A stretch of DNA of 64,000 nucleotides. It comes from Rhizophagus irregularis (lineage: Eukaryota). The DNA lies in the NCBI RefSeq assembly GCF_026210795.1, contig NC_089436.1, positions 248,001 through 312,000 on the forward strand, written 5' to 3'. Below the pieces are notes generated by a model. It did no database searches. It worked only from the letters and a program-made list of their open reading frames with translations, and was not told where the DNA came from. Below, one piece after another: positions 58,080 through 64,000 of this stretch. Numbering within the stretch: position 1 is the first letter of the stretch; the number at the start of each line of letters is the position of its first letter. The position numbers and the translations under genes are program-made.

Positions 58080-61026
58080 CAGTGAAATTCGATAAACTGG
58101 ATCTATCGGTTCCACTAAAAATATCTGGTTTATCAGAATATCTGGTATAGCGAAAAAATTTTGATATATTGAAAATCTATTAGGCGACATAAAGTTAAAA
58201 ATTTGGTTCTCATATCCCGGCCGGGTCACCAGAGTGGGAATCTTAAATTTTTATTTTTTTTGTTAACCAATTAAATTGCTCTAAACTATGTCACATGATA
58301 AATTAAATTTGTATGCATATCTGATATATCGTAATACTATCTGCTATGTAAAAAAATTAAAAAAAAAACTCTTTCCCCTTTTTTTCTATTTTGTTAGTTT
58401 TCTGCAGTAATTTTGCATTAATTTTATTTTTTAGTTTCTATTTGAAACACCTAAAGGGAAGAGGCCCTGAAGGGCACCTTGGGCATAAGACGAGGTTTTA
58501 TTGTTCTCATTACACCTATATTCAAAGGGTTGGTTATGTCTTATTTTCCAAGAGCCGATGACTTTGCTTCAGCACTCGGATATGACCATACACCTGCTGG
58601 TCCTGATGACTTTATTTTCAACTACGATACTACACCAACAGTATCTCATACTGAAGATACCTTGTTAGATACTCTCTCACTTCATAATGACTTTGAAGAT
58701 TATAGGTCCTTTCTTTCGCCTGGAAAAAATTATATTTTTTCTACGAAATATGAAAAGTTTTACATGACTCCACATCATAGAGCCAGTTTCAACAAGATTT
58801 ACAATTTTAGGCGTTCAAAAAGTTTTTTTTTTGAGCTGGTTGATCAATTACCAAACACCAATCAACTTCAATTGAAGATTTACACAAATGATTATCATAT
58901 GTCCTCTACCCCGATTAATCACAATTTTACGAGCCAACTCCTGAATTTTAAATTTCAAATATCGAAACAGCTCACGCACTTTTTTTCAACACAAAAAGTT
59001 ATTTCTCGACGATTACAAGAAAAATTTTTTACTTATATTCATAAAAAATTATTGGAGCTTTGGATTTTATAATATCACGTGCCCAAAAAGAAGAAAAAAA
59101 TAATCACATGACTAAAACTTTTTTCAATTTTTCGTATAAGAAATATAGATTTTATTTCGGTATTTATATCCCATGTAATCACAGTGAAACAGTGAATCTG
59201 TTGACTAATACCGTTGCGACCTGTACCATTTAGGCTCCTTTTGTTATGTCTAATCATTGTCACGCCTGTATTATTCATCACAAACACCTAGTCCTGTATT
59301 TTGTCTCAAAAGATCACAAAATTCCTGACGTCAGTTATTGCAAAACTTTTAAAGATTTTCACGCATCCCACCTCTATAACAGATGGGCTAAGAAGAAGAA
59401 ATGTCACAACTTCTCGAACCAACTTGAAATTTCTTTTACCACATCGTGCCATGCGTATGATACAAATGTTGTCGCTAAAAAAGGACTTGATTTTATTTAC
59501 GGTAAAAAATATGGGAATCTTTAATTTACCTCCAGTTAATCTCCAAAAGTCAAGAAAAGACAAGAAGCATGCTTTAATGCTTTGGTTAGACATACCTTTC
59601 ACAACGCTAAGTTGGATAATAATGCGTTGATAGATGATAAACTCTGAGCTGCACGACGTCACAAATTATTGTTTCAAGAAAATCAAGGTGAATACCGGAA
59701 AGACTTATGCAACCTAGTAATGGAAGTCACTGACGCTCATCATAATTATGAGCTAAAATTACTCAAACTTTCAATTGAAGTCACACCTAAAGTGCCGCCA
59801 GTATCTGGACATCTACTTAAGCGTGAATATAAAAAGAAAAGAGAAGAAAGGAAAAAGAAATAGCACTTGCACAAAAAAAGCGTGAAGATAACAAAATATT
59901 AGAAAATTTACGATCTTGGGTCACGCGTTATGAAGACGCTTTCATCATCAGATACTATAGGGATGAAATCGGTTTGGCGTACCAGCTTTGCACCATCATG
60001 GACGATAGACCGCTTAAACGACATGCCAACGATAATGGCAATTTAGATACGCATTATGGTCACCATAAAGATAAAAAGGTCTGTATATTATCCGCTTTGA
60101 AGGATTTGGAAAATAGTTCATCTTTTCGTACTATTTAAGTACTTGTTAGTTTTTTATATATAGATTTATATATAATATATATTAGTTTCTATTTGTACAT
60201 GTTTATTAGCATTTTAGTTCTTTTTTTTTACGTTAAACTTTTAACAACTTAAAATAGTGTAAACCATTCCACCTCTTACAGTATTTACAGGTGGCAGCCC
60301 TTGGGTTGAAAGAAAAATACGGATTAGTTCTTGTCATTTTAATTGACTTTTCTTTGGTTCCCGTTCTTCTTTCAGTAGTAAAGGGGATCAGGCTGGTTCC
60401 AACGTTTTAAAGAAGTTCGGGTCCATCCTGATGATGGATGATAGCTAGAAGTAGGATAACTCATGTTTGGTATATGTCCTGTTTAATAGTCTGTTTGACT
60501 TCACATAAAATAAATAAAATATCTGCTATGTAAATGCCTAACATTTAACGAACAATAAAAAAAAAATTTTTTAAAAAACTACAATAAAACATGAGAAATA
60601 AACTTGTAATTAACTTGATATATAAAATCTGTCTGACTTTTTATTGAATTGTTATATTAATATAAATGTTACATATGAAATCTTCTGTATTACATGATCG
60701 GATGAAAAAAATTTTATTCTAAAAAAAAAATAAAAGGCCATGCAGCCAAGTTAAATTGAAGCAAATTTTGATATGAGAACCAATTTTTTAACTTTATATC
60801 GCCTTGTATTGAATTTTTAAAAATTTTTCATGCTACTAATATACGCTATATTTTAATTTTTTCATCTTAGTTTTAAGTCAGAGGTCATGAAAATGAATAT
60901 AAAATATTTATAATTGAATATATAAGTAATATAACCACCAGAATTAAGATTCTGGCCTTTACCACATCACGTTACTTAAATTTTATTGGTCAATTATCAC
61001 GTGATATGGTTTATCGAATTTCACTA
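58080..61026. mobile_element. Tc1/pogo-like MITE containing a nested insertion
   Basis: CAGTGAAATTCGATAAAC / GTTTATCGAATTTCACTA ends; second inverted pair at ~58183-58216 and ~60771-60804. Confidence 0.65.
58353..60519 (+). mobile_element. Retroposon-like insertion with degraded unknown ORF(s)
   Basis: 15-bp TSD TATCTGCTATGTAAA at 58338-58352 and 60520-60534; A-rich 3' end TAAAATAAATAAAA; broken ORFs ~58515-60138; no RT motifs seen. Confidence 0.7.
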
Positions 61027-61606
61027 TGTATTTGTCATGATTTTTTTTATTGGAATCTTATTGGTTCTTAAAGAAATGAACATTACGCTCGATATCAGAT
61101 GTCAGCACAACATTAATTGTTTGAGTAATTTGGTAATAAATAATAGAATATTTTTTTGAGATTTTTTATGTACACATAGTATTAAGTCTAATTTCATAAA
61201 AAATCCGATAAAAAATAATGACGATCATTAATAATACAAAGATTTATTTGGATTGAGTACCATTACTGTTTTATAGATATTAATAATAGAGAAAATTTAT
61301 TCATCGCACGTGCGATGACATCGCTACCCCCCATTTTATTTATCACGTGATAAATCCAATTAAAATATAGCACGATTATTGTGTTACAATAAATATAAAC
61401 AATTTTATAGCTTCGTCGATAGTTTTTTTTTCTAACACTCTTTTTAAATAAAAAAAACAACCTGTTTTTTTGCTTAAAAACGCGTTAAAGTTGCTTCTTA
61501 ACATTTAAAAATACTTTTATGTACTAGTAAAGTAGCTCAAAAACTTTAATTGTTCAATTATCATAAAGAAATTGGGTTACACGGCTCAAGCAGTGATTCG
61601 TGAAAC

Positions 61607-64000
61607 ATGGAAAATGATAACACTCCACAGGTTAGTCAATTGCGCACATTTTTTTTTTGTGAAATACTACTGAAATACTATTGAAAGTGCTTAAAAAAAA
61701 TTAATTTGGGGTAAACGGCATATGGTATAGAGTTTTAATAGTGTTAATTTCTTAACAATTAACATCAATAGCATTATTTATTAGTTAGATAGCGTTAAAT
61801 GTACATTATTTATTAGTTAGGTGACGTTAAATAGCGTTAGATATATATTAATTAACGTCACAAAGCATTATATTATTGCGCATTAATTTATTGGTATTAA
61901 ATAGCATTACTTTAATGTGCTTAACAGCTAACTTATTTATTAATCTATTAAATAGCAAGAAATTGAAACTGAAGTTGAAATTCCCGTAGAAATTATTCTT
62001 GGTTCAGAATTAGAAAGTCTTGACTCTACAAATTATCCTTCATTAACACATCCTATAGAATTATCTGTTAATTCAAAATTTAGTTCGTGGGAAATTGCTG
62101 AACATTATCTAAAGGAATATGGAAGGCAAAAGGGATTTGTAGTTAATAAATACCGAGTTGAATATATTCAATTATCAAACTCAACTGTTCAAATTCCCAG
62201 AAGAAGAACATTTGCTTGTGAATATGCTGGAAAGTACAAACCTAACTATAAGTCTAAGCAAATTGATCAACAACGTAATAAAGGGTCAAAAAAAACTGAT
62301 TGTAAATGGCGGGTTCACTTGAGTAAAACTATAAATAATAATTTCATTCATGTAACGTCTATCCATCTTGAACACAACCACAAAATACTTGCTGATAATA
62401 CACAATTTGCTACAACATTCCGAAAATTTAATCAATCTATAATGAATGAAATTGAACATGCAGTTATACATGGACGTTGTGATGCATATACTATAAGAAA
62501 TCTATTACAACCATTATTTCCTGACCAGCTTTTTCTTACACAAGATCTTTCAAATGCAATTCAAAAAATTAAACGTGAAAAAAAAATAGCTGGAACAGAT
62601 GCTTCTCATTTGTTAAAATTTCTCCTTGAATGACAAAAAGAAGAACCTATGATGTTTGTTCAACCTTTAATAAATGCGGATAGTGATAGACTGTGTGGTA
62701 TATTTTGGATGACGGAAAATCAAATTATTTTGTGGACGCGTTATTCAGATGTTATTTTACACGATAATACCTCTAGAACTAATAGATATAACTGTCCATT
62801 ATCTCTATTTATACTTGTTGATAATGATGGTAAATCACGTTTAGGAGCACAAGCTTTTTTAAATGATGAAACTCAGGAAAGTTATGAGTGGATTTTACAA
62901 CAAACGCTAAATGCAACAGGAATTGAACCAAAAGTTATAATCACTGATATGGATCCTGCAATGGATGTGGCATGTCAAACTACGTACAAAAATGCGTATC
63001 ACATACATTGCATTTGGCATATGACCCAAAATTTACCTAAACGTCTCAAAAATAAACTTGGTGCTGCAGATTTTAAGATATTTTTTCATGATTTTTGGAA
63101 AACTCGCAATTCACTATGTGCAGAGGTTTTTGAACAACGATTTCAAGCTTTATTAAATAACTTTCCCAGTGGCAGTGATTATTTACATGACCCAATATAT
63201 TCAACACGCCATTCATGGGCACGAGCATTTACAAACAGAATATTTACAGCTAGTATACAGTCAACACAGCGTGTGGAGTCAATAAATGCCATTATTCATA
63301 AAGTTGTTAATTCTAGCTCTACAATGGCAGAAGTAGCTGAGGCATTAGATTCTCGAATGCAAAAAGAAGAAATAAACAAGAATTTTATAGCATGGAAATA
63401 CAAATCAACAATATATCATCAGCCATTTGTTGTGGAAAATTTTTTTAGTAACGTTAATAATATAGTTCAAAAATATTTTTCACCAAGAATTGTTGGGGAA
63501 ATACATAAACAAATGTGCGAATCAATAATTTATAAATGTGAAAAACTAGATATTAAAGATGCATTTGAGTTTATTGAGGATCAACTGGTGAGTAAAAAAT
63601 TAAAATTATAGTAGAATGATATAATAAATGTTTAACTAGTACTATTATGTATATATTTTTAGGATCAAAATGAAATTCCCGAAAATCAAGAAAGCCAAGG
63701 AACGTCAAATGATCAAGAAGAAACCAATAATATTGAAGATTATTACGATTTTCGCCAGACATACTTAAAATCATTGTTAAATTCAGTACCAAAAGAAATG
63801 ATTAAAGAAGTATGGCGTATCATTCCATATATGGTGCCAAGTTCATATCAGCATATTATTATTCTTAACGATGGAACCCATTTATGTACATGCTTGTTAT
63901 TGGTTTCATATGGAATTATTTGTCGTCATTATTTTAAATTAATGATTGAAAATCCAAACGCATTATTCCATATAATGCTAATGCCAACAAGATGGCTTCT
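61607..64000 (+). pseudogene. Mutator-like (MULE/FAR1-related) transposase with SWIM finger; runs off the window
   Basis: LHDNTSRTNRY, IITDMDPAM, HCIWH, STQRVESIN, CTC...ICRH; introns ~61631-61955 and ~63589-63662; in-frame TGA at 62631-62633. Confidence 0.85.

Overview
AT-rich, intron-containing, transposon-dense fungal DNA. The gene families look like an arbuscular mycorrhizal fungus (Rhizophagus-like; inference). The dominant feature is a complete 31.4-kb Polinton/Maverick-like element (8715-40112) with ~480-bp TIRs and a 5-bp ATTGG target duplication; it is ~15.0 kb once two nested LINEs are removed. It encodes an SF3 helicase, a divergent family-B DNA polymerase, an A32-type packaging ATPase, a chromodomain DDE integrase and small accessory proteins (F-box, IQ, 2-cysteine-adaptor-like, Zn ribbons). 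I see no double jelly-roll capsid or adenain protease. Instead it carries a Ty3/Gypsy-like Gag and a retropepsin joined by an apparent -1 frameshift, with no RT and no LTRs. Two full-length, diverged LINEs (APE-RT-RNase H) sit head-to-tail at one 13-bp target, which lies beside and duplicates the 3' arm of a repeated hairpin inside the element. The flanks hold a hAT MITE, a DIRS-like RT remnant, a micro-exon array whose splice signals lie in hairpins, a nested RAG1/Transib-like transposon with an 8-bp TSD, a kinase-Sel1 repeat gene, a retroposon-like insert with a 15-bp TSD and a MULE transposase. All protein calls come from motif reading by eye, without database searches.
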